DNA from: Eledone cirrhosa
Taxonomy: Eukaryota
Direction: 5' to 3'
Assembly (NCBI GenBank): GCA_964016885.1
Contig: OZ024740.1
Coordinates: 200,508,001-200,572,000 of the forward strand
Length of the DNA: 64,000 bases
Part shown: piece after piece, positions 50,818-64,000 of the stretch
How positions within the stretch are numbered: position 1 is the stretch's first letter
Layout of the letters: every line of letters starts with the position of its first letter
Made by a program: the position numbers and the translations under genes
Notes under the pieces: model-generated
The model's input: only the letters and a program-made list of their open reading frames with translations
Told to the model about the DNA's origin: nothing
Database searches by the model: none

Positions 50818-52055
50818 CGTTCGTTGAGTCCCAGTCATTGATGTTATTTAACTGGAAAGTTTGTTGAAATGGATATCAAGCTACTATCTGCAGCCTCAGA
50901 TATTCAGGACGTAACGGAGGGTTCTTGCTGTTCCCAGCAAGCATGCTTTTTGAAGTGTTCCAAAATGCGAGGCTGAACTTATCTTCTTTAACCATCCTTG
51001 GAAACTCTTTGAGATAGTACGCCTATGACAATCCGGACGACCTTGACATCATGGCAGTTCCAAATCCTTTTACCTCCCACTTTAAGTCCTGTAATCGGTT
51101 AATTTTCTCCCTCTCATTTTCTTGCACTCTCGTGTCAAATGGGCAGGCTACATCTACAATCAGGCACGATCTTTTTTCCTTATCCAAAACCAGCAGGTCA
51201 GGCCTATTGCGTTCTAATTTCTTGTCCGTCTGTATCCTAAAATCCCATAGCACCTTCACCTGATCGTTTTCTATCACCGACACTGGCTTATGCTCATATC
51301 ACTTCATAGGTGCCAGTGGTTCACCCTGCCTATCACATCATCTCTCCAGCCTTTATAGTGAGTCTGGGCTAGGTGTTTACACTCGGATACAATGTGAGCC
51401 ACAGTCTCCTCTCTCTCTCCACAGACCCTACGCAGTGGGCTAGCCTCCTCCTTGTCAATATGGTGTTTCGCCCACTTCATTCTGAGGGACTGCTCTTGCG
51501 CAGCCATTAGCATTCCTTCTGTAGCCTTTTTAAGGTCTCCTCTTTTTAACCAGTTCCATGTCTGTGGATCTCTGAATTCAGTTTTGTTAAAGAAGGTACT
51601 ATGAAGGGATTTTTCATGAAGGTTGCTCTTCCTCCTTGTTGTTATTTCCTCCTTGGACATCCCGTGGTCTATTGTTCTCTCCTTCAGTACAATTCTGAGC
51701 ATTGGCTCCCTACTGTCAGTCACGAATTTGTGCAGGTTGTTTTTCTCCATCAGAACACAGTTCTCTATGCTGATAAGACCTTTCCACCTTCAGATCTCTT
51801 TAAGTAGAGTTTATCGACATCACTCCTCTTGTGGAACATGTTGTAGATAGTCAATAGCTTCCTAGTCTTCCTATCCATTTCTTTTTGTTCAGCAACATTC
51901 CATCTCAGAATTCCCGCACTGTACCTAATAATAGACACAGCTCGGGTATTTAGTGCACTTATAGCATTCCTACTATTTAGATGTGATTTTAATACGCTCC
52001 TTACTCTACTAATGTACTCAGATATTATCAATCCCTTCATTCCTTTGTTCTTCAT
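50818..52055 (-). mobile_element. 3' part of a Dong/R4-like element I
   Basis: LWDFRIQTDKKLERNRPDLLV..IVDVACP (RLE), VCGEREETVAHIVSEC, EGMLMAAQEQ. Confidence 0.88.
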
Positions 52056-53624
52056 GCCAAACTTAACCCGGAAAAGTCGGTAGCCTTGCAGCTCGGAACC
52101 TGGAGAGGCAAACCCATGCCGTCCAACAGCGTCGTTGGGCGCTGGACGGACGGACCGGTAAAGTTGCTCGGGGTTTGGTTTGGACCAGACCTTCAGGTGG
52201 AAAAGAATTGGGACGAGGTAACGAGCAGAGTAGCCAGTCTCATCCAAAAATGGGCTGGGAGGAAGCTATCACTGAAAGGTCGCGCGGAGGTGGCGAATGC
52301 GTACATCGTGTCCGTCATCTACTACCGCCTGACCGTCGTGACTTGCCCCCGTCCGGGCCTCGTCAAGCTGGAACGGCTCCTCTTAAAATTCTTGTGGAGG
52401 GGACAAGTTCCGTTGGTGAGGCGGTCCATCTACTGCTAGCACCCTCTACGCGGAGGGCTGGGCATGCCGTGGCTAATGATGCGCAGATATGCGTTGAGGC
52501 TGCGACATCTCCAGATATTCTGCCTCAACGGTGAACAGGTGTGGTCGCCGTTTATCAGACGGGCCTTTCCGCAGCTCATTTCTTTGACTGAGCTGCAGTC
52601 CTGGGTCAAGAAGAGACCGAGACTGGGTGACTGGCGCCTGGAATGTTGCCAGGCACTCACTGCCCTCTACCAAGCGGGCAATGCGATCAGTGGAACTTCC
52701 ACTCTCGAGTTCTATAGAGGATTAGTGGTGGGCAAGTGCGATGACGCACTCGGAGAAGCTTTGGGCCTCGACGAAGTCGAACTGATCAGTCTGTACCGGA
52801 GGACTTTTGAGCCGGGGACGATGGACAATTTCCAGAAATCCCTCGCTTGGCAGTGCTACTGGGGGCACTGCCGGTTCGGGATAAACTCTACAGGCACGGA
52901 AGTGCTGTCAGACGGACCTGCCCAAGATGCGCACAGAACGACGAAACCGTTCTGCACGCACTTGTCCAGTGTCCGTGCATTACTGACTTGTGGACTTATG
53001 TCGAACAGCTACTGTCGCGTGTGGAACGAATCCGGCTATCGGCCGAGTCCATAGTGAAGATCGATCCACCGCCTTCCTTAGGTCAGGAAGAGCAGGAAAT
53101 TTTCCTGTCTGGTGGCCGTTGCGAAAGAGATTATATGGTGGACCAGGTTGAAAGGACTAAAGACAGACACTTTTCTCTTCGGCCAACCCCTCATCAACTT
53201 CTTCAAGTTTCACCTGGAAAGGAAGGTGAGGGTGGAGAGAGAAGTGCTGCCCCCCCCCCCCCCCCCAGTATATTTGCTAAAAGGTGGGTGAATGTGGCGA
53301 GAATGGCTCGTTTGAATGGGCCTACTCTGACCATGCGCCTATAGGCTAGCTAACGTGAGGAGAGGGGTGCTCTCCCTATGTGCCCTAGAAGCGCAGGGTG
53401 GTTCAGGATTGGTGGGGTACCTGAAGCACCCCAGGGTCGTACACCCCCTATCGTTTCAATTTATTTTGTTATATTTATGCACAGTTTATTTTATATTTTT
53501 ATATTTTCATTGTTAAATTAGTCTTGCCATTGTGCACTTTTACTACACCTTATTGTAAACCCCCACTGTTCCTGTCTTTGTATTGTCCCCTACATGTCGG
53601 CCCTGGTGGCTAATAAATGAAATC
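52056..53624 (+). mobile_element. 5'-truncated Tx1-like copy J (B-type)
   Basis: ORF2 3' part and 3'UTR match copy B; followed by (ATT)8 at 53625-53648. Confidence 0.93.
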
Positions 53625-53648
53625 ATTATTATTATTATTATTATTATT

Positions 53649-56600
53649 GATCTAAGCGGACATATTTTGTTCGCTCCCAGTAAGTCGCTTTATTTGCCTG
53701 TTAAAATTATTTGTTGTTAAATATTACTTGTTGTGTAAGGGATATAAGCCCTTAGACTTTGCCCTGTGAAGGGAAAAGTATAATATTTGGGCCTTTTGGT
53801 CCAAATATTTGAACTGTTTTACATGTTAAAAAATTTACGGAGAAAAAAAAAACATGGCTGAGCCACGCCCCACAGCGATATGTCTGCTGTCGTGCGACAA
53901 CGACGTAGAAGTTGAGAGGAGCGCTACAGCGAAATTAACACACATTGATAACACAAACACCACCACAAACATGGTAAACAAAGACACCAATGATACCAAT
54001 GAGAACTCTAATTTTGAAAAAAATGACAGTAACACCGACAACGAAAATACAGATGACAGAAAAAATATAACAAATGCAACAACAATATCAACACCACTAA
54101 CATGAAAACAAATAGCGACAACACCAACACCAACAATACCAACTGCACCGGGAACAACGGTAGCAACAAAGACAACAATGATAACAGCGACAGTGCTAAC
54201 AACAACACCGACAAGAACAACGACAAGGACAACCCCAACGAAAACAAGAAGAACACTTTCGCTGCGGCAGCAGCAAAAAAGAGGCCATGCTTCAACATGG
54301 ACCTCTCAAACAAAGATGAAAAATTGGCTAAGGTATGGAAGCTCATCAATCAAGAGCAGACCTGGGCCAAATTAACTGTCCCAGTAGAAGCTATTGAGGC
54401 AGTGGAGCGCAGAACGGTGCATTATAGATGCATCTCAGCATAAACCAAAAGGGCAGCTTTAATCCCACAAGAAGATGTCGAAGTCGCGCTGAGGTGCATC
54501 AGAGAAGAGACACAGTACATAGAGAGGGGCAGAGAGTATGGCACCATTTCGGTTTTATTCAAGTCAGAAGCCCTCGCTATGAAACACGCTATGACTCCTT
54601 GCAAAAACCAACAAGGTCATAATGTATCACTCCCACATGGGAAAAAGAACGGCCCGTCTCCGCATTCCCAGAATCCCACCAGGACTTGACATGTGGTGGC
54701 TTCTGGGATGTGAGATTGTGGAGGGGACGGATACCGTCCCGATAGAAGTGACCAGAACGGCCAGAGAGGACTGGTCTGGGGTTGACTTGGAGATCCTTCT
54801 CCAGATCAGGCCCGAGAATGTGAAGACAATCCCGGACCACATCCGCCTTCAGAATGGGACGGTCATTCACATTATGACCGAAGGCAAAAGGCCGCAGTGT
54901 TTTGTTTGTGGGGAAAAAACCCATTTGCAAGCCTTCTGCCCTCAACTGCTGGAAGAGGCAAGGGGTCGAAAGGCTCCACTGCTGCCGACGCCGGGGCGAG
55001 GACCACAACCAACACAAGCACCGGCAAAACCACCAACAACAACACCAATAGAAAAACCACCACCAACATTGACCACCCAGGGAGGAAACGAGGAAAGCTG
55101 TCAAATTCCCACTCCCCCCCAAAATACACACACCAATATAACCATAAACATACATACAGACACACTGACAAACACAGACCCCTCATCTACCAGTAGTGAA
55201 GATGAGGGAAAACCAAAATCCTCAAAATAATAAAAAAAGGAAACACAAAAAGAAAAGAAAAACTCAACAAAGCACAAAATCACCCCCAATAAAAAACGCA
55301 GACACCACCCACGCAAACATCTCTCCAATAACACCAACATCAATACCACCAGCACCATCACCATAATCCCCCAAACGCAAACAACCTAAACAGCGCAAGA
55401 ACAAATATACACACAAACATCTGAAACCACAGACACCGCACTCACAACAAACACAGATACAACCGAAACACCATCACCAAAACCATCACCACCACAGCCA
55501 CGCAAACAAATAAAATCACACCAACAAAACATACAAAATTTCGTGCTCGTCAGGAGGCCCAACAAGGAACTGATGGTCCTCGTAGCACGAAGTGAAAATA
55601 TACAAAAAGAGGGGGACATTTTTAAATCGAGCACATTTCGCGTGCCGGAAGATTTGGCTCTGGTGCGAATGTCGCTCGATATATTCAAAGAAATACGAGG
55701 CAGCTTTCTTCGGGACGTGGGAACCCCGAACGTAAAACCCACTTCATGACTTTTAAAGGGGTTCCTAAAAGAAACCCCACCAACTATGGAGGTCGAACAA
55801 CCCGACTTTCACAAGAGCCCGGAAGCTAAGTAAACCTTTCCTCTCTCTCTTTTTAACCTGCCAACATGGCCGTATTAAGAGTAGGATGTTTAAATGCTCG
55901 AGGTCTCGGATCGTCCTGGAAGCAGGGTCACCTGCTCAACGACCTCAGGTCTATAGAAATGGATGTAATTGCCGTCAGCGAGACCAGGATTTCTGACCCG
56001 CGTGCACTAGCCCCCATTTTCGATGACTATCAGATATTTGCATCTGTTAGCCGGCCGGTAATGGGAGGCGGGGTGGCAGTGCTGTTTAGGAAAGGCCTGG
56101 ATCTCGAGGTAATGTCGATCTTCCGGGACACAGTGATCCTGGACGTGAACAATAACGAAGGTGGTGCCTCTAGACTGGTGGTCGTCTATGCTCCTACTGG
56201 GGCAGGACGGCCCGACTTCTTTAGACGCCTGGAAGCCTTTCTGGGTACGTCTCGCCTTTTACTGTTAGCGCGGGACTGGAACGGCAACTTAGACGCTCGT
56301 TGGGACTGTGTTGGAGTATCCGATAGGAGCGGGCGGTGCAAAAGCCTCAAGAATCTGATCAGCCAGTTCCAACTGTCTGACATGTACCGACTAGATTTCC
56401 TTAATGTGCCAGTGTGGACCTGAGCTAACCGCATAGGGTCATCTATATCGTATATAGACAGTATATTCATTAGGAAAATAGACAGAAATAGTGTAAGCTG
56501 TCCACGTTTTGAAACGGTCGCCTATTCAGATCACAAGTTTGTGATCTGTATGGTCGACCTAGATAAGACGCGTAGGTTAGGACCTGGTTACTGGAAGCTA

Positions 56601-59538
56601 AACATGTCATTTCCGGCACGTAAGGCTTATAGGGACCAGGTCAATAATTTAGTTAAGAAAAAGTTGACAGGAGGAGTCGTCAACAATAGATGGTGGGGGC
56701 TCTCAAAAGAGAGATTAGAGTAATGTCGATAGAGTTTAGCAAAGAAGAAGCTTTAGAGAAAAATTAAAAGGAGGGGGAGTTGGTATATAAGTTAGACGAG
56801 GCTATTGGTAGTGGCATTGCAACTGACGTGCTAGCGGCGAGATTGGCATTATACCATTTATTCAATGCGAAACACGAAGGTTGCATTGTCAGAGCTAAGG
56901 CGCGTGCTCTGAGAAACGAGGGAACCAAAGCTGTTCGATGGGCCCGCGCAGCAGAGGCGCAGCGTGGTAATAAAACCACGATCCGGTCTATGACGGACCG
57001 AGACAGGCACGAGCTGAGCGATTCCAAGAGGATGTGTGAGGCGTTTCGCCAACATTTGGCTCGGCTGTTCGGGGGAAGTGGCGGGTCATAGATGGTGGCG
57101 GACTTCAGTCCCTACCTCGATGGCTTGCCGCGCATCACGACGGCTGACGCTGGGCGCTGCGAAAGGCCAATTACTTCAGCCGAGATTCAGGATGCCCTTG
57201 TCGGCTGCATGAGGCGCAAGTCACCCGGTTTGGATGTTCTGCCCTACGAGCTTTACGTAAATATGCCAGACTTGTTCTCCAATCTCCTCGAAGCCCTCTA
57301 CTGCAACTGGCAGCAAAACGGGAGTATTCCCAGTTCTGTGAGCCGGGCCGTAGTGACGCTGATAAGGAAAGACGAGAATAAGAGGGACACATTAGACAAT
57401 TTCAGGCCCATAACTCTGCTCAACACAGAGTTTAAGATTTTGGCCAGGGTGTTAGCGAAGAGGTTGGCGCTTGTCGTCGGGGATTTGGTTGGGGAGGCGC
57501 AAACTTGCGCAATCCCAACCAGGTCCCTACACGACAACCTCCACCTAATGCGATACATCATAGAGAGGGTAGGGTGTAAACCTGGCTTCGGTGGGGCTCT
57601 GATCAATTTAGATCAATCGAAAGCATTCGATAGGGTCGACCATCGGTACCTGGCGGCTGTCCCAAGGCGGATGGCTTCGGCCCTGTCTTGAAAAGCTGGA
57701 TCGCTGCAATGCACAGCTGTACCTGCTGGATGGTCAAAATTAATGGCCACCTCTCGGAACCATTTCAGGTCTCCCGATCAGTCCGTCAAGGGTGCCCTCT
57801 CTCCTCCCTTCTGTACGTATTAACTCTCGAGCCTTTACTGCGGAAGCTGGAACTGTTGCAGGGCATCCCGCTCGAACCGGGATGCGGAAAGGCTGTGTCG
57901 GCTTATGCGGACGACATCACCGTGATGGTGTCGGACACCTCAGAAATCGAGGTGGTCGGCAACTTATTGGAGGAATATGAAAGGTTGACGGGAGCAAAGC
58001 TTAACCCGGAAAAGTCGGTGGGCTTGCAACTCGGCACCTGGAGAGTCAAGTCCATGCCGTCCAACAGCGTCGTTCCGCGCTGGACGGAAGGATCGGTAAA
58101 GTTGCTAGGGGTTTGGTTCGGGCCAGACCTCCAGGTGCATAAGAATTGGGGCGAGGTGACGGGCAGGTTAGCCAGTCTCACCCAGAAATGGGCTGGGATG
58201 AAGCTATCACTGAAAGGTCGGGCGGAGGTGACGAACGCATACATCACGTCCGTCATCTACTCCCGTATGACCGTCGTCCCGTGCCCCCGTTCGCGCCTCG
58301 CCATCTTGAAGCGGCTTCTCTTCAAATTCTTGTGGAGGTGTCCAGGTTCCGCTGGTGAGGCAGTCCATCTGCTGCCAGCACCCTCTACGTGGAGGGCTGG
58401 GCATGCCGTGGCTAATGAAGCGCAGGCACGCGCTGAGGCTGCAGCATCTCCAGATATTCTGCCTAAACGCTGAACATGTGTGGTCGCCGTTCGTCAGACG
58501 GGCCTATCCGCAGCTCGTTTCTTTGACTGAGCTGCAGTCCTGGGTCAAGAAGAGACCGAGACTGGGTGACTCTCATCTGAAATGTTGCCAGGCACTCACT
58601 GCCCTCTACCAGGCGGGCAATGCGGTCAGTGGATCTTCCACTCTAGAGTTCTATAGAGGCTTAGTGGTGGGCAAGTGCGATGACGCACTCGGAGAGGCTC
58701 TGGGAGTCAACGAAGTCGAACTAACCAGTCTGTACTGGAGGTCTTTCGAGCTGGGGACGATGGATAATTTCCCAAAATCCCTCGCTTGGCAGTGATACCG
58801 GGTTGCACTGCCGGTTCGAGATACACTCTACAGGCACGGAAGTGCTGTCAGACGAACATGCCCGAGATCCGCGCAGGGCGACGAAACCGTTCTGCACGCA
58901 CTCGTCCAGAGTCCGTGCATTACTGACTTGTGGAGTTATGTTGAACAGCTGTTGTCGCGTATAGAATGGATCCGGCTATTGGCCGAGTCCATAATGAAGA
59001 TCCACCCGCCGCCTTCTTTTGGCCAGGAAGGGCAGGGAATTTTCCTCTGTCTGGTGGCAGTAGTGAAAGCGGTTGTATGGTGGACCAGGTTGAAAGTACT
59101 GAAGACAGACACTTTTCTCTTCGGCCAATCCCTCATCAACTTTTTCAAGTTTTACTTGGAAGGAAGGTGAGGGTGGAGAGAGAAGTCCCCCCCCCCCCAG
59201 TACATTTGCTGAAATGTGGGTGAATGTGGTTAGAATGGCCCGTCTGAGTGGACCTACTCTGGCCATGCGGCTGTAGGTAGGTAAATTTGAGGAGGAGAGG
59301 ATTGCCCTTCCAGGGTACTCTCGAAGCGTCGGGTCGTTCCGGACTGGTGGGGTACCTGAGCGAACCCTAGATGGTCATCTCCCCTATTGGGGAATATTTT
59401 CTTGTTATAATTTTATTGTTACTTATTGTTACTTTGTTATTGTTATTCATATTGTTTACTCGATTTTTCTGTAAAACCCGACTGTCCCAGTCTTTTGTAT
59501 TGCACATATATGTCGGCCCTTGTGGCCAAAAAATGAAA

Positions 59539-59540
<2 letters not shown>
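53649..59540 (+). mobile_element. Full-length degenerate Tx1-like copy K (C-type)
   Basis: ORF1 from 53854 (MAEPRPTAICLLSC), ORF2 55866-59276 broken; followed by ATT repeats 59541-59588. Confidence 0.93.
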
Positions 59541-59573
<33 letters not shown>

Positions 59574-59588
59574 ATTATTATTATTATT

Positions 59589-62500
59589 GGCGACCTACGT
59601 AGTAAATCGTATCATCGTGAGCTCCGCAAAGGTTTGTTATTTTCAGTTGTTTAAAATTGCCATTTATGGAAAAATATTATTGTTAACTGTATATATGTGC
59701 ACATACATTGATTTCTGAAAAGGACACTCAAAAATATTGGGGCCTTGAGCCGAAAATTTAAACTTTTTTACAATTATCAAACAAAAATTTTTCTTTGAAA
59801 AATAATGAATGTCTCAGAGTCACTCCTTCCTCACAATCTAACACCTCACACCGACACCACCATTGTAAATATTGTTACGTTTGCCAACACTGGAAATGTA
59901 AGCAGTAGCAATATTTTAAATTTGTCTCAGGCAGACGTTCATTGCCCACCATTACCAATGACTGCAGGTGTTAAAGCCGCCACCACCACCACCACCGCGA
60001 CAACCACCACACCCACCACCACCACCACAGCGACAACAGAAACAAAAGAAAAAATAAATTATCTCGTGATATCGAAATGAATTCAACCAAAATGAACTCT
60101 TTCACACTGAACACCACTGACGCCACCACCACCACAACTGAAACTAAAATTAACAATAGCAAAAATAACGATAACAACAACAGCAACAATGAAATTAAGA
60201 AAACTACCCTGAGTTTTGCCAGAGTAGCAAAAACGTGCAAAGCGATCCAGGTAACTCAGGAGGAATTAGAAGAAGCCAAAGGAATGGTAAAAAAAGATGG
60301 GTACAGGGTCAACCTCACTCTCCCACCTAATAACGTCACCCATGCACCGTGTCTTATCGGACAATTAACATAAAATCGCGCCGAGTGGAACGGGCATCGG
60401 AGTACCAAATCCAAAAAGCTTTGGGACATATGTGGGCAAAAAAAAACCCACATCAGACGTGGGGAGAAGTATGGAACCGTGGCGTGTTTTTTGAAACACC
60501 ACGGGAGGCCAGAGAACACACAATGGCCCAATTAAGAAGTGGCGACTTCACACTCGTCCCAAGCTATTGTGGCCAGAGACCTGTGAAGATCAGGGTGACC
60601 CACGTTCCACCGGCCATCGAAATTCCCTGGCTAATGGCTGCCGTCCTCGCCGGCATCGAGGCCAACACCAAGATAATTGAAATAGCGAAAGAAAAGCAGG
60701 AGAACTGGTCCGGATCTGGGATGGAACTCCTGATCCAAGCGGACCATAAAAGCATTGAGGAGATCCCAGAGGTAATAGACCACACTGACGGCAGCCACCT
60801 CTCTGTAATTGTCGAGGGCAGAAGACCTAGGTATGTCGTTTGTGGTGAAGGAACCCACCTAAGGGCTTTCTGCCCTCAGACTAAAAGGTTGAGGCCACCT
60901 CTCTTACCCACACCAGTGACTCAACCATCAACACCACCAGCAGCAGAAATGGCAGCAACAACTGTAGCAGCAACAACAGAAGCAACTGTAACAGCAACAA
61001 CCCTAGCAACAGTAGCAAAACCAACACTACCACCACCGAACGCGCCAGAACTAGCACCAGCGCCTACACCATCCACCACGCTACAACCAAAACCAACGCC
61101 TGTGGAGGATTTTCCACTCCCCGGCTAATCGCAACTGGAGACAGATTGTGACGACGAGGAGTGGGAAACGGTATCAGGAAAAAAGAAAAAAAGAAACCAA
61201 AAAAGAAAAAATTCTCTTCATTCCCCCTCCAAAAACAAAATACAGAGGGAAACAAATAAATTATTAAACAAAAAAATTAGGACAGATATGCTACCATCCA
61301 CACCAGCATCACCAACCCCATCACCACAAACACCAACACCATCACCATAAATAACCCCAATACCACCATCACCAACACCACAAAAGTTACCAAAAAGCGT
61401 AACAGAAACAAACCCACAACAAACGCAAACAAAACAAAACAACCAAAACGATACACACTACACAGCATTAAATTTGAACAACAACCAATTATTACACTAC
61501 ATGCAACACAACACCAGCATCACAGACAAAGACTACACAACAACCCAAAATTGCACACCACCTCCACACATACAAATCATTCGCATCACACAGAAAACGT
61601 ACACGACACTAAAACAAAAATTCCCCAAAGACATCGGAGACTTCCGACAAACACTCTCCAGGAGGATTTATAAGGACATCCTTCCGGAGGAGGCCACATG
61701 CAGTGAAAAGGATGGACAAACCATCCTTCCTGTACGAGAAGTAAGGTAAGTGGTCTTTCCCATCTTTTCCACTCCATTTCAACATGACCTCACTCAGAAT
61801 AGGCAGCATAAATGCGCGTGGCTTGGGGTCGTCATAGCAGCAGGGCCACCTGCTCAACAACCTCAGGTCACTAAACATAGATGTAGTGGCCATCAGCGAG
61901 ACCAGAATCTCCGAAGCACGGGCCTTCACACCGATCTTCGGCAGCTACGATGTGTACGCATCTCCCAGCCGTCCGGGATCGGGGGGGAGGAGTGGCTGTG
62001 CTTTTTCGGAGAGGTTTGGATCTCGCCATACGGGCCATCTTCCTGGACCCAGAAGGTAAGTTGGTGGTGCTTAGACGTGACCAGCGGAGACTGGCAAGCT
62101 TTCAGGCTAGTGGCCGTCTATGCCCCGACAGGAGCATCGGCCTGATTTCTTCCCGCGTCTGGAGACGTTTCTTGGAACGTCCCGCTCTTTAGTGTTAGTG
62201 GGCGACTGGAACGGTATCTTAGATGCACGCTGGGACTGTGTGGGATTAGCGGATAGGGGAGGAGGGTGCAAGAGCCTCACCAACCTGCTCAGGCGTTTTG
62301 AACTGTGTGACAGGTACCGATTGGATTTCCCGAATGTGACAATGTTGACATGGACAAATCGCATAGGGTCATCCAGATCATATCTAGATAGAGTATTTTG
62401 TAGAGAAATAGATAGGTCTAACATAGGCTGTCCACAATTCAAGATAGACAGCTACACGGACCACAAATTCGTGATCTGTGTGCTCGACTTAGATAGGCTT

Positions 62501-64000
62501 CATAGACGAGAACCTGGCTACTGGAAGCTAAACGCGTCCTTACCAGCGCGCAAGGCCTACAGAGACCGGATTAACGAACTAGTTAAGCGGGCGTTGACGG
62601 GGGCCATCGTCAACAACAAGTGGTTGTTTTCTATGAAAAGAGCAATTAGAATAGAGTCCATTGGGTTTAGTAAGGCTTTAGCAATAGAGAAAAATAGAGC
62701 AGTGGGAGAATTAGTTAGAAAATTAGATGAGGCGCTTAGCAAAGGCATCGCGACCGACGTACATGCGGCAAAATTGGCCCTTGACCAATTCTTCAATGCA
62801 AAGCACGAAGGCTGCGTTGTCAGAGCTAGGGTGCGTGCTCTCAGAGACGAGGAGACGAAAGCCGTTCAATAGGCCCGAATGGCGGAGCCGCGTCGTGGCA
62901 ACAAAGCTACGATCCTGTCTTTGGTGGACCACGACGTGCGCATGCTACTCGTTCCCGGGCAAACGTGTGAAGCTTTTCAGTGACACTTCGCTTAGATTTT
63001 TCGGGGCAGCGGTGGGCCGGATCGAGGGATGGACTTTAGTGTCTACCTCGACGGGCTGCCGCGGCACTCGGCCACTGAGGCGGAGTGTTGCGAAAAGCCG
63101 ATAACAGCCAATGAAGTAAGGGAGGAAATGACTGGCAGCACAAGGGTTAAATCGCCTGGTTTGGATCGTCTGCCCTATGAACTTTACGTACAGATGCCAG
63201 ACTTGTTCGGAGGCCTCTTGGCGGACGTCTACTGCAACTGGCAACATAATGGGAGAATTCCCAGCTCTGTGAGCCGAGGAGCGGTAGAACTGCTGAGAAA
63301 GGATCCGAACAAGGGGGATAACATAGATAATTTCAGGCCCATAACTCTGCTAAACACAGAGTTCATGATTTTGGCCAAGGTGTTAGCAAAGAGGTTGGCG
63401 CTTGTCGTTGGTGGTCTGGTGGGAGAGGCGCAGACATGCGCCATTTCCGACAGATCCATCCACGACAACCTCCACCTCATGCGATACATCGTAGAGAGGG
63501 TAGCTAGGGAACCTGGCACGGGTGGGTCCTTGATCAATTTATATCAGTCGAATGCTTTCGATAGGTAAGTCCTGAGGGCGGCTGGCTTTGGGCCCGTCTT
63601 CAGAGGCTGGATCGCTGCCATGCACAGCGACATCTGCTCTGTGGTGAGAGTGAACGGTCACCTTTCGGAACCGTTCAACATCATGCGCTCGGTCCGCCAA
63701 GGATGTCCCCTCTCGTCCCTATTGTACGTATTGACTCTCGAGCCATTACTGCACAAACTGGAGACGTTGAGGGGCGTCCCGCGCGACCTAGGATGCGGAA
63801 GATCCGTGTCAGCATATGCGGACGATGTCACCGTAGTGGTGTCGAACGCCAAACACATCGAGGCGATTGGCACTACACTAAGAGAATACGAAGCGGTGAC
63901 AGGAGCAATGATCAACCAGGAAAAGTCAGTGGGCCTGCAGCTCGGCACCTGGAGAGGCAGGTCCATGCCGTCCAAAAGCGTCGCCGGGCGCTGGACGGAC
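59589..64000 (+). mobile_element. Tx1-like copy L (distinct ORF1, A-type ORF2), degenerate, runs off the right edge
   Basis: ORF1 remnants 59805-61749; ORF2 from ATG 61784, nearly identical to copy A but with stops and frameshifts. Confidence 0.93.

Overview
This is eukaryotic, AT- and microsatellite-rich DNA. The SINE family and the repeat landscape suggest an octopus or other coleoid cephalopod (inference). I cannot support any host protein-coding gene. The window is dominated by clusters of sequence-specific non-LTR retrotransposons that share one target, the (TAA)n/(ATT)n microsatellite. There are nine Tx1-like L1-clade copies (ORF1 with CCHC knuckle; ORF2 APE-RT-zinc finger) and about six Dong/R4-like copies (single ORF, Myb-like N-terminus, RT, RLE nuclease). 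One Tx1 copy (3221-9216) has an intact 1139-aa ORF2. One Dong-like copy has an apparently unbroken ORF that runs off the left edge. Wherever the two clades meet across the microsatellite they are antiparallel. Five observations stand out. (i) A GTAAGT donor sits at the ORF1 stop codon in two divergent Tx1 families, and a 52-59 nt intron spliced to the first YAG would fuse ORF1 to ORF2 in frame in both. (ii) ORF1 appears to have been swapped on near-identical ORF2s at that same junction. (iii) Tx1 3' ends lack poly(A) and carry a covarying stem-loop. (iv) Penelope-derived foldbacks carry minimal hammerhead ribozymes with a U3-A8 core. (v) There is a 73-bp tandem repeat with a Pol III B-box. The middle of the window holds a CR1-like fragment, SINEs, a diverged inverted duplication and simple repeats. 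All alignments and identities were judged by eye.
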